From assembly GCA_963751715.1 (NCBI GenBank), contig CAVVVM010000004.1, positions 122 to 64,121 of the forward strand: a DNA stretch of 64,000 nt, written 5' to 3'. Positions 28,186 to 38,695 of this stretch are shown here, in pieces (positions within the stretch are counted from its first letter, which is position 1; each line of letters starts with the position of its first letter). The notes below the pieces were generated by a model, which saw only the letters and a program-made list of their open reading frames with translations, made no database searches and was not told where the DNA came from. The position numbers were made by a program, and so were the translations under genes. The stretch is from an uncultured Actinomycetes bacterium. GTDB taxonomy: Bacteria; Actinomycetota; Thermoleophilia; Solirubrobacterales; Solirubrobacteraceae.

Positions 28186-28240
28186 GTAATGGTTCGGCCA
28201 AGGCGGAACTTGCCCGCCGGGCGGGGGTTACGATCAGCAG

Positions 28241-29819
28241 ATGAAGAGGATGATGGTGATCGCCGTCGTGGCCCTCGCTGTGCCTTCAGCGGCGCAGGCG
28301 AGCAGTGATTTCGAGCGCCCTCGCGACCCCGTCGATCACACGGTCGCCAAGCCGATTCCCGACCACGGCCCAAGGACTGCAGCCGTCGAGCATCCTCAAG
28401 CGCCGCTCGATCCAGCGATCGCTGAGCGAGCCACTCGCCCTCCCGGCCAGGTGGTGCGGTGACGAGACGACGCTCGACAACGCCGCCAACGCGGTCCAGC
28501 CGGAGCGCCCGGCGATCAAGCTGATCTATGCCTACCCGAGCGACCGCGAAAGCCGGTTCAGCAAACAGGCCGACGCGATGCAGGCCTCCGTCTCGCAGAT
28601 CGGGCTGTACATGGCCAAAGCGACGAACAACCAGAAGACGCTCCGGTTCGACATGGGAACACAAATGCGGCCCGCAGTACGTGGACATCGAGGTTGTCAA
28701 GCTGCCGCGCAAGCTCGACGACTACCTGACGGGCCGTGGCCTGTTCGGCGACGCTGACTTTGAGAGGATCGGAGCGGACGCCGTGAAGGCCGTCCATTAC
28801 AGCCGACGCGCAGGTTTCCGCACGGTGGCGATCTGGGCCGACTACACCGCCGGCAACACCCTCCCGGGGTGGGGACCGCCCGCATCGGCGGCGCAGTGCC
28901 CCCGGTCTCCTACTCACCCGCCTACCGGCAGAGCCGCGACTTCATCGGCGGGGACGCCACGGCCGCGGTCGCCTTCGTCGGCAACCCCGACTTCATCGCG
29001 ACGGAAGCCGACCCCCGCCTGCTGCTCCACGAGATCACCCACACGATGGGCGCCGTCCCCGACGACTCTCCCCACGCAACCCTTGAGCACAACCACTGCT
29101 GGGATTCGAGGACCGATCTCATGTGTTACGACGACGGCGGGCTGCCTCCCGGCCAGGAGCTCCTGAACGGCTGCCCCACCGATGCTGACTTCCCCACCTT
29201 CGATGAGGCAGCGTTCGACTGCGGCCACGACGACTACTTCAGGCCGCAGCCCGGCACTGCCAGGGGTCAGGCAGTCAACGTGTACGACAACCTGCTGCTC
29301 CAACCGTGCGCGGACATGTCGCTCGCCTGCGGGGGTCAGTCGGCGGCGCTGCCCGACCGCGACGATGACGGCATGCCCGACGCCTACGACCTCTGCCCGA
29401 CGGTGAAGGGTCCCAACACTCCCCAGGCGCACGGCTGCCCCTACCGCAACCGCGGAGTTGTGACCGTGCCCGTCACGGGCAACCGGACCGTGAACGGGAC
29501 GGTCCGAGGTGAACTGAACGGGACCCTCGCGAGCTTCACGATCAGCTCACGCCGCCTTCCGGCCGGGACCTGGAAGCTCGTCGCCTGTGCCCGAGCCGAG
29601 GACGGCGACCAGAGCACCGAGGGCCCGAGCGGCGACGGCTGTTACGGCATGACGGTCAAGCTGCGCAAACCCGGGCCGGCCAGCTACTCAGGGCGAGTGA
29701 GGATTCCCTCGACTGCGACGGGCGTTCGCTTCGTCGCGGCCATTCGGGACTCGAGGAACCGCGCCCTCTCACGCACGCCGATCAACCTCGGCGTCGGTGA
29801 AGTCGACTCTCTCTACTGA
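28241..29819 (+). pseudogene. Secreted zinc metalloprotease (HExxH) with a thrombospondin type-3-like repeat, 3 frame disruptions
   Basis: Signal MKRMMVIAVVALAVPSAAQA, LLLHEITHTMG, and PDRDDDGMPDAYDLCP. Frame changes near 28450, 28670 and 28870. Confidence 0.75.
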
Positions 29820-29862
29820 GCTCCTGTGTCGGACCGCCAGCGGGCGGGGAGCCCGGGCCGGC

Positions 29863-30640
29863 CTACTTCGGGGCCATCCTGATCGAGCCGTCGAGCCGGA
29901 TGGTCTCGCCGTTGAGCATCCGGTTCTCGACGATGTGGCACGGCCAGCTGCGCGTACTCGGCGGGGCGCCGAGGCGCTGGCGGGTAAGGGGACACCGGCG
30001 CCGAGCCTCTGGCGGGCCTCCTCGGGCAGCGCGGCCAGCAGCGGCGTGTCGAACAGGCCCGGTGCGATCGTGTTCACGCGGATGCCCGTACTGGGCGAGG
30101 TCGCGCGCGGCCGGCAGCGTCATCGCCGACGACGCCGCCCTTGGACGCCGAGTAGGCGATCTGGCCGATCTGGCCGTCGAAGGCGGCGATCGAGGCGGTG
30201 TTGACGCACACGCCGCGCTCGCCGTCGTCGAGCGGCTCGTTGTGCGATCATCGCGGTGGCGGCGAAGCGCAGCACGTTGAACGTGCCGATCAGGTTGATC
30301 GAGATGATGTCTCGAACGGCATCAGCGGTGTGGGGGCCCTTCGAGCCGGCGACCTTCTGCGCCCAGCCGATGCCGGCGCAGCGGACGGCGATGCGCAGCC
30401 CGCCGGCGGCCGCGGCGGCCTGCTCGACGGCGGCCTGCACCTGGCTCCGCCTCGCGCACGTCGCACGCGAGCGAACGAGGCGAGGCCCGAGCTCGGCGGC
30501 CAGCGCCTGGCCCGTTCCGGCGTTGACGTCGGCGATCGTGACGCGCGCCCCGCGCGCGTGCAGCTCGCGAACGGTCGGCTCGCCCGAGCCCGGAAGCGCC
30601 GCCGGCACTCACGAGCTGCTCGATGTTCAGGCTGCAGCCT
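29863..30640 (-). pseudogene. SDR-family oxidoreductase (3-hydroxyacyl-CoA dehydrogenase type-2-like), multiple frame disruptions; start approximate
   Basis: Fragments [59 protein letters not shown] and [23 protein letters not shown], ending [16 protein letters not shown], are spread across three frames. Confidence 0.75.
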
Positions 30641-30658
30641 CGGCAGGGGCGGGAGGCA

Positions 30659-31650
30659 CTACGTCGCGAGCGCCAAGGACGCCGCCCCGGCCGTCACCCG
30701 GCCACGGCGGAGGGCGAAGGGCGCAGCTCGTTGGTCGGTCAGCCAGCGCACGGCTCCAAACCCGCCGCCGCCAGGTCGCCCTCCGACGCGCCGGGTGTGA
30801 ACTTCGCGCTGATCTCCGTGCGCAGCTCCTCGCCCGCGTCGAAGTGCACGGGCAGGTCCAGGTCTCGGACGAGCGTGGCCTCGCGCGTCGCGCGCAGGCG
30901 CATCTCGATCCACTCGTTCTGCTCGTCGAACAGCGCGACGTGCTCGAAGTCGTCGGGGTCGAAGTCGGCCTGCAGCTCGCGGTTGATCACGCGCAGGACG
31001 TTGCGGTTGAACTCGGCGGTGACCCCTTCGGCGTCGTCGTAGGCGGCCTCAGCACGCGCGGGTCCTTCACCAGGTCGGTGCCCATCAGCAGGTGGTCGGA
31101 CGGGCTGAGCAGGCGGGCGATCTGGCGCAGCACGCGGCGGCGGCTGCCGGGCGGGAAGTTGCCGATCGTGCCGCCGAGGAACGCCACGACCCGTGGGCCG
31201 GCGGCCGGCGGCACGCGGTCGAGATGGCGCTCGAAGTCGCCGATCAGGCCGTGCACGCGCAGCGCCCGGGTAGGCGCTGGCGAGCGCTGCGCGCAGTCGC
31301 GCAGCCACGCTCTCGGTGACGTCGACGGGGATGTAGCGCTCGAGCGTGCCGGCGGCGTAGCAGCGAGTCGAGCAGCAGCGCGCGTCTTGGCCGCGGTGCC
31401 CGAGCCGAGCTCGACGAGCTCGCCCGAGCCGGTCAGCTCCGCGAGCACCTCCGCCTGCTCCTCGAGGATCTCGCGCTCGGCGCGCGTCGGGTAGTACTCG
31501 GGCAGCTCGCAGATCCGGTCGAACAGCTCGGCGCCGCGGGCGTCGTAGAAGTGCTTCGGGGGCAGCTCCTTCGGGGCGCGTGAGCCCGTCGAGCACATCG
31601 TCGGCCAGCGAGCGTTCGCCCTGCGGCAGGTGCCCCTCGATCTTCGGTTC
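30659..31650 (-). pseudogene. egtD: Histidine N-alpha-methyltransferase EgtD (ergothioneine pathway), at least 5 frame disruptions; ends approximate
   Basis: [38 protein letters not shown]...[11 protein letters not shown] (ORF 30987..31598), [20 protein letters not shown], and [52 protein letters not shown] (the tail of the 615-aa ORF). Confidence 0.8.
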
Positions 31651-31689
31651 GCCGCGCCAAGTCGCTCGTCCCCGGCTCAGTCGATGCTC

Positions 31690-32926
31690 CCGCGCGATCC
31701 GCACGCCGGAGAAGATCTGCCGCCTGACCGGCAGATCCCAGTTGCGAAAGGTCGCCGAAGCGACGCGCCGGTGTGTCGCCCACGAGCCGCCCCGCAGCAC
31801 GCGGTGTGCGGGGCCGAAGAGAGGCTCCGAGTAGTCGCGGTAAGGGTGCCAATCGAAACCGGGATACGGCTCGAAGTCCGAAGCGGTCCACTCCCAGACG
31901 TCGCCGATCATCGCGACCGGCCCCTCGGCCGACTCGATCCGACGGGTTCCACGGGCGAGCATGTCGAGGTTGGCTGTGCCGCCGCCGTTGCCGCGGTGGG
32001 GGACTGCCGGGGAGGCCTCGGCGGTATCGGCTCGGGTGGTCGTCGCAGCGAACTCCCATTCCTCCTCGGTGGGGAGCCGGGCGCCGTGGAACCGAGCGAA
32101 TGCCTCGGCCTCATGGGCATTGAGGTGAACGGCCGGGCGAAGCGGATCGAGCGGCTCGAGGCTCCCTGCTCGCCACTCGCCGCCGTCCGTCCAGGCGCCC
32201 GGCGCCGTGACCCCCGCGTCGGCGAGCCAAGCGAGGCCTTCGTCGGTCCAGAGGTCCTCGCGCCGGTAGCCACCCTGGTCGATGAAGTCCTGCCATTCGC
32301 CGTTGAGGACCGGGGTGAGACCGAGCTGGAACGGCGTGACCTCGGCTTCGTGCCTCGGTCGCTCGTTGTCGTAGGCGAAGCCATCCCGGCCCGCTCCGCG
32401 AGCGAATATGCCGCCCTCGAAATCGACCATCTCCAGCCCACCGACGGCGGCAGTCGCCGGCGTGGCCTCTTCGCCGGGAGCGGGCAGGTCGGGCTCCCAC
32501 CCGACCCGGGCCAGCTGGACCGTCTGGAGGATCGTCTCGAGGTGTTGGAGTTCGTGGCGGATGAACCAGTTCGACGATGGCGTCACTCGCGGGGGTCGCG
32601 CCGGCGAGCGACTCCAGGGTGCGCTCGCGGACCCGCTCGAGATAGGCGAAGGCGTCGCCGGAGCGGAGCGGGCAGAGCGGGGCGATCGCGCCTCGGGGAG
32701 AGTGTTGCGTCGTAGACCTCGGAGAGTTCGTCCTTGAGCAACGGAGCGCCGGTCGCTTCATGGACCAGCCACAGGTCCTCGAACGCGGCGATGTGACCGA
32801 GGTCCCAGGCGATCGGTGACATCACGGGTCGAGGACGCGATCGAGGTCGGAGTCGTCGAGTCCGGCCACCACCGCGAGGGTCAGCTTGCGCGCCTCGGCG
32901 AGCTGAGTTGCGTTGTCGGGGCTCAT
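31690..32926 (-). pseudogene. egtB: Ergothioneine sulfoxide synthase EgtB (DinB-like + FGE-sulfatase domains), at least 3 frame disruptions; 3' end approximate
   Basis: MSPDNATQLAEARKL start at 32926. MSPIAWDLGHIAAFEDLWL (frame change at ~32822), [15 protein letters not shown], and [17 protein letters not shown]...[36 protein letters not shown]. Confidence 0.8.
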
Positions 32927-33077
32927 CGCGCCGACAAGCCTACGCGAGTGAGTGGCGGGTTGAGAGCTGAATCGGTGCGGTGCAGGGCAGTCGCAAAAGG
33001 CCTCTGCGGGTAGAACCGATCGGGTGATCGGGGACCGCAAGGAGAAGCGCGAGTTACGCAGTGTTACATTGAGCGGA

Positions 33078-33490
33078 ATGGCCGACCCGATCAGCATCCG
33101 GCTACCTCAGGAGGTCCTCGACCGGTTGGGTCGAGAGGCCGAGCGCGCCGGCGTTCCCTTCGGACCTTGGCCCAGCGGATGATCGACGAGGGCCTTCGGA
33201 TGGCTCGCCATCCGCTGATCACCTTCGTGGATGGTCCGTCCGGACGCAGAGCTCACGCAATCGGATGCCCCGGTGACGTCTGGGAGGTCGTAAGTGCGCT
33301 CAGGGGTGACGGTGTCACTCCCGAGTCGCTGGCCGAGGCTCTGGGGTGCCCGCTCGGTTCGATCCAGGCGAGCCTCGTCTACTACGGCGAGTATCGGGAT
33401 GAGATCGACTCATGGGTCGCCGCCAACGATCGCGAGTACGAGGAGGGCAAGGCGGCCTGGCTCAGGGCCGAGGCCTCGCTTGCTCAGTGA
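33078..33490 (+). pseudogene. RHH + DUF433 antitoxin candidate, one frameshift near 33150
   Basis: MADPISIRLPQEVLDRLGREAERAGVP is followed, in another frame, by LAQRMIDEGLRMARHPLITFVDGPSGRRAHAIGCPGDVWEVV...LVYYGEYRDEID (DUF433 pattern). Confidence 0.65.
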
Positions 33491-33846
33491 GGCTGCTACT
33501 CGATGCGATGCTGTCGCCGCTCCTGGCCGAGGCGCTTCGGACGGCAGGTTGCGATGCCCTGGCGTTGGTCGAGGTCGACCCTCGTCCCGGGATTCCCGAC
33601 GACGAGGTCCTGGCAATCGCCACCGACCTCGGGCGCGCGCTGGTGACCGACAACGTCCGTGACTTTCGTGGCCTCGCCGCCGCCCGGGTTATCGGCTCTC
33701 GCGTTGGCCACGCGGGGGTGGTCTACCTGCCCGGCCGAACTTCGCGATCGCTGAATGACACCGGGCGCCTCGTCGGTTCGATACTCGAGGTGGCCGCGAG
33801 GCACCCCGGGGAGTTGGGGCTGGCCAACGGCGAGGCCTGGGTCTAA
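33487..33846 (+). CDS. DUF5615 (PIN-like / Mut7-C-like) toxin candidate
   Basis: Its GTG overlaps the upstream stop (GTGA at 33487-33490). VRLLLDAMLSPLLAEALRTAGCDALALVE...VTDNVRDF. Confidence 0.6.
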   Translation: MRLLLDAMLSPLLAEALRTAGCDALALVEVDPRPGIPDDEVLAIATDLGRALVTDNVRDFRGLAAARVIGSRVGHAGVVYLPGRTSRSLNDTGRLVGSILEVAARHPGELGLANGEAWV

Positions 33847-33852
33847 GCCGGC

Positions 33853-34980
33853 GTGCGCCGGGCGCGCGTGATGTACATTGCGGCTCAGGTGAGGGGGATC
33901 CGGGTTTCAGTTAGCGCAGTGTTCTTGGCAATCGCGATCGCCGGAGCGGGAACCATCGCGCCGGTCGCACTCGGGTCGGGCGGATGGGTCGCGAAGGTGG
34001 GCGAGACGGAGATCAAGACGACCAGTTTCAACCACTGGAGTGAGGTTGCATACAGGACCCAAAGTGGCGCAGCCCCGAACGCGGTCATCCCGGTCCATAC
34101 CCCGCCCGACTTCAAGGAGTGCGTCGCGTGGAAGATCGCAAGAGGCGCCAAGTTGAAGAAGAAGGTCACTCGAGCGGCGGCCAAGTCCGCGTGCCGAAGG
34201 GAATTCGATCTGGTCAAGGACTCGGTCATGCAGCTCCTGATCACCTCGCAGTGGATCGACGGCCAAGCCTCAGCGATGGGTATCGAGATCACCGACGAGC
34301 AGGTCAACAAGAAGCTCGCCGAGACCAAGAAGCAGGCCTTCCCGACAGAGAAGGGCTACCAAGAGTTCCTCAAGAGCTCTGGCGAGACCGAGGCGGACAT
34401 CAAGGGCCGCATCAAGGTCGACCTTCAGAGCCAGGCGATTCTCGACCAGATCGTGAACTCGGTTGCAGCGCCCACCAGCGAGGAAGTTGAGGCCTACTTC
34501 AAGAAACACCGGAACCGGTTCACACCGCCGGAGAAGAGGGACTTCCGCTACATCTTGGCCGGGTCACGTGCGCGTGCGCTCGCGGCAAAGGTCGCATTGA
34601 AGGCGGGGCGGACTTGGAAGGGAGTCGCCCTCAAGTATTCGGTCGATCGGTCGACCCGGCGGTCGGGTGGCCTCGTAACCGGCGCGGTCGAGGGGAGCTT
34701 GGACCCGCAGCTCGAAAGGCGCCTGTTCTCGTCGCGTCTGAACGAGATAAGGGGGCCGGTCCGCGGCTCATTCGGGTACTACGTCTTCGCTGTGGTCAAG
34801 ATCAGGCCCCCCGTGATCCCGACTTTGGCGCAGGTCAGGAGCAAGGTCATCAAGCAGATCAAGTCCGAGAGGGAAGAGACTGCATTGCAAACGTTCGTGA
34901 AGGCCTTCCAGAAAGAATGGAGGGCGAAGACGATCTGCAGGAAGGCCTTCGCGATCGACCTGTGTTCAAAAGCCGTCTGA
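33853..34980 (+). CDS. Parvulin-type peptidyl-prolyl isomerase (SurA/PrsA-like), exported (the start may be at 33871)
   Basis: N-terminal TM/signal VSAVFLAIAIAGAGTIAPVALG. The C-terminal PpiC domain reads SVDRSTRRSGGLVTGAVEGSLDPQLERRLFS...GYYVFAVVKI. Confidence 0.8.
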   Translation: MRRARVMYIAAQVRGIRVSVSAVFLAIAIAGAGTIAPVALGSGGWVAKVGETEIKTTSFNHWSEVAYRTQSGAAPNAVIPVHTPPDFKECVAWKIARGAKLKKKVTRAAAKSACRREFDLVKDSVMQLLITSQWIDGQASAMGIEITDEQVNKKLAETKKQAFPTEKGYQEFLKSSGETEADIKGRIKVDLQSQAILDQIVNSVAAPTSEEVEAYFKKHRNRFTPPEKRDFRYILAGSRARALAAKVALKAGRTWKGVALKYSVDRSTRRSGGLVTGAVEGSLDPQLERRLFSSRLNEIRGPVRGSFGYYVFAVVKIRPPVIPTLAQVRSKVIKQIKSEREETALQTFVKAFQKEWRAKTICRKAFAIDLCSKAV

Positions 34981-35037
34981 TCGTGGGCGCCGGAGCCTGA
35001 GTCGGGCCTCCGACAGCTTTCGAAGGCGCCGGTAGTC

Positions 35038-35790
35038 TCAGCCGCCGGCCCGCGACCAGCGGATGAAGAGCGAGCCCTCGCGCTCGGCGACGTGGGCGAG
35101 CTCGAACTCGAGCGGCGAGGCGAGCGGCGGGCCTGTCGTCACTCCGGACTCGTTGCCTCCGGCGAGCTTCGGCGCGATCGTCAGGAAGACGTCGTCGATC
35201 AGGTCGCCGGCAGCGAGGGCGGAGACGAGGCTCGGCCCTCCCTCGCACAGAACCGAGCGCACTCCCATCCCGGCGAGGTGCTCGAGTGCGGCCCGGGGAG
35301 TGACCCCGGCCAGCTCGACCTCCTCGAGGCCCGGAGGCGGGTCGTCGCTGCCCTTGCCGGTCGGCACGAACGCGATCGTGCGCTGCTCGCGGTCGCCGAA
35401 GATCGGGGCTGCGAGCGGGAGCACTCCGCTGCGGCTGATCGTCACGGCGAGCGGGTCGGCGATCAGGCCGCGGACGACCCGTTCGGCTCGGCGCTCGTCG
35501 TCGCGGATCAGCCGCCTGTAGCCCTCGACGGCCATCGTCGTCGTTCCGGCCATGACTGCGTCCACCCGGTCGCGCAGAGCGCGGAACATCGCGAGGTCGC
35601 CGGCGTCGCCGATCCCGCCCGACTTGCCGTCGAGAGGGTCGAGGAGCCGTCGGCCGTGACCGCGAAGTTGATCGCCACCCGCGGGCGCCCGGCTCCCTCC
35701 GGGGAGTGCGGGTCCCAAGCGGCGAGCAGGTCGTCGACGGTGAAGCTCGCTGCTCAGGGCTAAAGGGGATTGAACTCGTTCGCTCACTCC
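35038..35790 (-). pseudogene. RibD C-terminal-domain / DHFR-like reductase, frameshift(s) near 35640-35760; start approximate
   Basis: LDGKSGGIGDAGDLAMFRALRDRVDAVMAGTTT...VRSVLCEGGPSLVSALAAGDLIDDVFLTIAPKLAGG. The N-terminal FTVDDLLAAWDP...VAINFAVTADGSS lies in another frame. Confidence 0.7.
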
Positions 35791-36364
35791 TCGATCGTCC
35801 CAGAGTCGGGCGCGGATAGTGGGTCTCGCCGGGCGGCCGGCCGGCTTGGCCCCGGCACGGGGTCGCGGCGTCGAGTCAAGGCCGAGGTCGGTTCCGGAAG
35901 CGGACCCCAGCGCAGTTCGAGCGCCGCGAGATCTTCGAGATCGCGCCTCCGCCCGCGAGCCGCTTGAATCCACGAGGCTGGCAGGCTCGCGAACGGAATT
36001 GTCCGTCCCATCACCTCGATCGCCTCGGACGACTCGAGTACCGACTCGAAATCGAGCGGGGGGAGGCCGCCGCGCATCACGTCGACGACCCCGGCCGTGG
36101 GACTCTCGACTCGAAGGTGCTCACGGGCCGGGATCCGCTCGAGACTCAGCCCAAGGCCGTCCAGGCGATGCATCCGAGGTCCTCGAGGGCCCGCAGTACG
36201 GCTTCATCGTTGGCGGGGTGGTCGTCGGGAATGAGGATGTCCGTGTCGTCAGTCGTCCGGACGACGTTGTGTGCGATCACTGCCATGCCGCCGATCACGA
36301 CGAATTTCACGTCTCGTTCGCGGAGCGAGTCGGTTACCGCGATCAGGTCAGGAGCGCCCGGCAC
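35784..36364 (-). pseudogene. Nucleotidyltransferase-fold TA toxin candidate, one frameshift near 36160; 3' end uncertain
   Basis: VKFVVIGGMAVIAHNVVRTTDDTDILIPD is an NTase signature (ORF 36146..36400). It continues as LSLERIPAREHLRVESPTAGVVDVMRG...RRRDLEDLAALE in ORF 35784..36173. Confidence 0.55.
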
Positions 36365-36539
36365 GGGATGCCTCGGCTGACTCGGCCAACTCGAAAGCAA
36401 GCCGGGTCATGGCCAGTGACTTCTCCAGACACTCCGCGGGCGTCAATGCCATGTCCATGCGGGCGTGGTCGAGAGCGTCTTCGCGGTTCATCCGCTCGAA
36501 GTCAGCCTTCCTGCGGGGGCTGTCGAGTGCCTCGGCCAT
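36348..36539 (-). CDS. Small helical protein, antitoxin candidate for the adjacent NTase
   Basis: 63 aa, MAEALDSPRRKADFERMNREDALDHARMDMALTPAECLEKSLAMTRLAFELAE. It overlaps the downstream NTase start by 17 nt. Confidence 0.4.
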   Translation of the reverse strand: MAEALDSPRRKADFERMNREDALDHARMDMALTPAECLEKSLAMTRLAFELAESAEASRAGRS

Positions 36540-36624
36540 CGCTCCATTCTAGACGGGCAGTCCAAGGGAAAGCCCGGATTGGCACAAAGTCGTTGCGATT
36601 CGCCGCACGGGGTCCGTGCCGGGC

Positions 36625-37597
36625 TCAGCGCGGGAGCATGTCGGCCAGCAGGCCGGGGATCTGCTCCGGCGGAGCCAGAGGCGTGAGGACCAGAGTCGTG
36701 ATGCCGCCGTCGGCGAACTCGGCCAGTCGCTCGCGCATCTGCTCCGGCGAGCCCATGATGCAGATCTCCTTGATCAGATCCACGGGAGCGACCTCCAACG
36801 CCTTGCCGCGGTCGCCCGCGCGCCAAGCCTCGAGCATCGGATCGAGCGCTCCGCCCCAGCCGAGCGAACGGAAGAAGGCCTCATAGACGGGAACGGTCGC
36901 GTAGCCGGCCAGCACGAACTTCGCGACGCCCATCGCGGCGTCGTCATCGCCCGGGATGCAGAAGAAGCGGCAGACGACGTCGGAACTGCCCTCGACCTTG
37001 CCGGCCGTCGCGCTCGCCCTCGCGGATCTGCTCGGTCACATGCGGCAGGCCCGACAGCGGCAGGAAGTTGACGAACGTACCGTCGGCGATCTCGCCACCG
37101 AGCCTCAGCATCTTGTCGCGCAGCGCAGCGATGTAGATCGGTGGCGGCGTCTCCGGGGCGTTCTCGAGCTTGAAGCCGCCGGGGCCTCGGCCACCTTCGA
37201 GGATCGGCCTGACCGCCTCGACGGTCTCACGGACCTTCGTCAGCGGCTTCTCGAACGGGCCCATCCCGTTCCACTTCTCGACGATCACATTCGATGACGA
37301 GCCGATCCCGAGTACGAAGCGCCCGCCGGACGCTTCCTGCAATGCCGCGGACTGCTGGGCGAGCAGTGCCGGACCGCGGGTGAAGACCCCGGCGACCCCG
37401 GTCCCGAGCCTCATCCGCTCACTCCAGGTCGCTGCGAGGGCAAGCGGAGTGAAGGCGTCCGGCCCGTTGGTCTCGCCGGTCCAGAGATCGTCGTAACCCG
37501 CCTCGTCGGCGGCCCTGACGAGCGGCTCCAGCTGCGAGATCCGCATCATCGGCAGCGGAAGGGTCAAACCCCAGCGTGTCTGTGGGCGCTCGCTCAC
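36625..37597 (-). pseudogene. Luciferase-like monooxygenase (LLM) family oxidoreductase, one frameshift near 37010-37030
   Basis: GLTLPLP...AADEAGYDDLWTGETNGPDAFTPLALAA...RFVLGIGSSS (ORF 36944..37642), continuing as GVAKFVLAGYATVPVYEAFF...GSPEQMRERLAEFADGGITT (ORF 36625..36933). Confidence 0.75.
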
Positions 37598-37738
37598 CGA
37601 GGGGACGCTACAGCAAGCACTCCTGCGTCCGGCCACGCCCACGGCTCACACTCGCGACGATCGCAGCGACGGCGCGCCAAGGCCGCCGCAACGATCGACG
37701 ACACACCCGTGCGGTGATCTCTGTGGGACCATCGCGGT

Positions 37739-38695
37739 GTGAGCGACTCGCCTCCGACCATCGGTCTCGACGTTGGTGGCACCAAGGTCGCCGGGGTGCG
37801 CCTCGAGGGCGGCGAAATCGTCGCCCGGGCCAAGCGCCCGACAACGAAGGAGTCCGCTGAGGACCTGCTCGAGCAGATGGCACTCGTCGCCGAGGAACTC
37901 GGGTCGGCCGACAGCGAGGGAGTCGGCGCCGGTGTGCCCTCGGCCGTCGAATGGGCGACCGGCAGGGTGCTCGCCAGCGTCAACGTCCCGTTCCAGGACT
38001 TCCCCGTCAGGGACAGGCTCTCCGACCGGCTCGGTGTGCCGGTCGTGATCGACAACGACGCCAACGTCGCCGCTCTCGCCGAAGCCCATCGCGAGGATGG
38101 CAGCGTCGCCCGCGACCTCGTGCTCTTCACCCTCGGCACCGGAGTCGGCGGCGGAATCGTGATCAACGGCCGCGTCTACCGCGGCGCCACCGGCGGAGCC
38201 GGCCACCTCGGGCACGAGATCGTCACCGCGACGGTCGACGGCGAACGCCGACCGGAGGGCTTCCCGCGGCCGGACTCGCTCGAGGCGATCGCTGCCGGTC
38301 CGGCGCTCGACTCGCTCGCATCGGCCACGGCCCGCAGCGGCAGCGGCGCCCTCGCCGGGCTGCTCGCGCAAGGCAAGGAACCCGGCGGTCCGCAGGTCGT
38401 CGAGGCAGCCAGCGCGGGAGACCCCGAGTCGATCGCGCTGCTGGAGCAGATCGCGGGTCGACTCGCGCTGGGAGTGGCGAACATGATCCACACCTTCGAC
38501 CCGGACGAGGTGGTCGTGGGTGGGGGAGTGAGCGCGGCCGGCGACCTGCTCCTCGATCCGCTGCTGCGGGCCGTGAAGCCTCTGATCCTGCCCGGCATCG
38601 GCACCGCCACGACGATCCGCCTCGCCCGCCACGGCAACGACGCCGGGGCGATCGGCGCGGCCCTGCTCGCCAGGCCCGGGAATCGCGACCTGTGA
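37739..38695 (+). CDS. glk: ROK-family glucokinase
   Basis: Intact 318 aa with IGLDVGGTKVAGV, DNDANVAALAE, TLGTGVGGGIVINGRVYRGATGGAGHLGH. Confidence 0.9.
   Translation: MSDSPPTIGLDVGGTKVAGVRLEGGEIVARAKRPTTKESAEDLLEQMALVAEELGSADSEGVGAGVPSAVEWATGRVLASVNVPFQDFPVRDRLSDRLGVPVVIDNDANVAALAEAHREDGSVARDLVLFTLGTGVGGGIVINGRVYRGATGGAGHLGHEIVTATVDGERRPEGFPRPDSLEAIAAGPALDSLASATARSGSGALAGLLAQGKEPGGPQVVEAASAGDPESIALLEQIAGRLALGVANMIHTFDPDEVVVGGGVSAAGDLLLDPLLRAVKPLILPGIGTATTIRLARHGNDAGAIGAALLARPGNRDL

Noticed and set aside
30739-32586. The 615-aa ORF read as a natural EgtB-EgtD fusion protein.
   Set aside because: Its middle third ([21 protein letters not shown]...) is out-of-frame EgtD, while the genuine EgtD N-terminus ([15 protein letters not shown]...) lies in ORF 30987..31598. 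The long ORF is a by-product of indels and a lack of stop codons.
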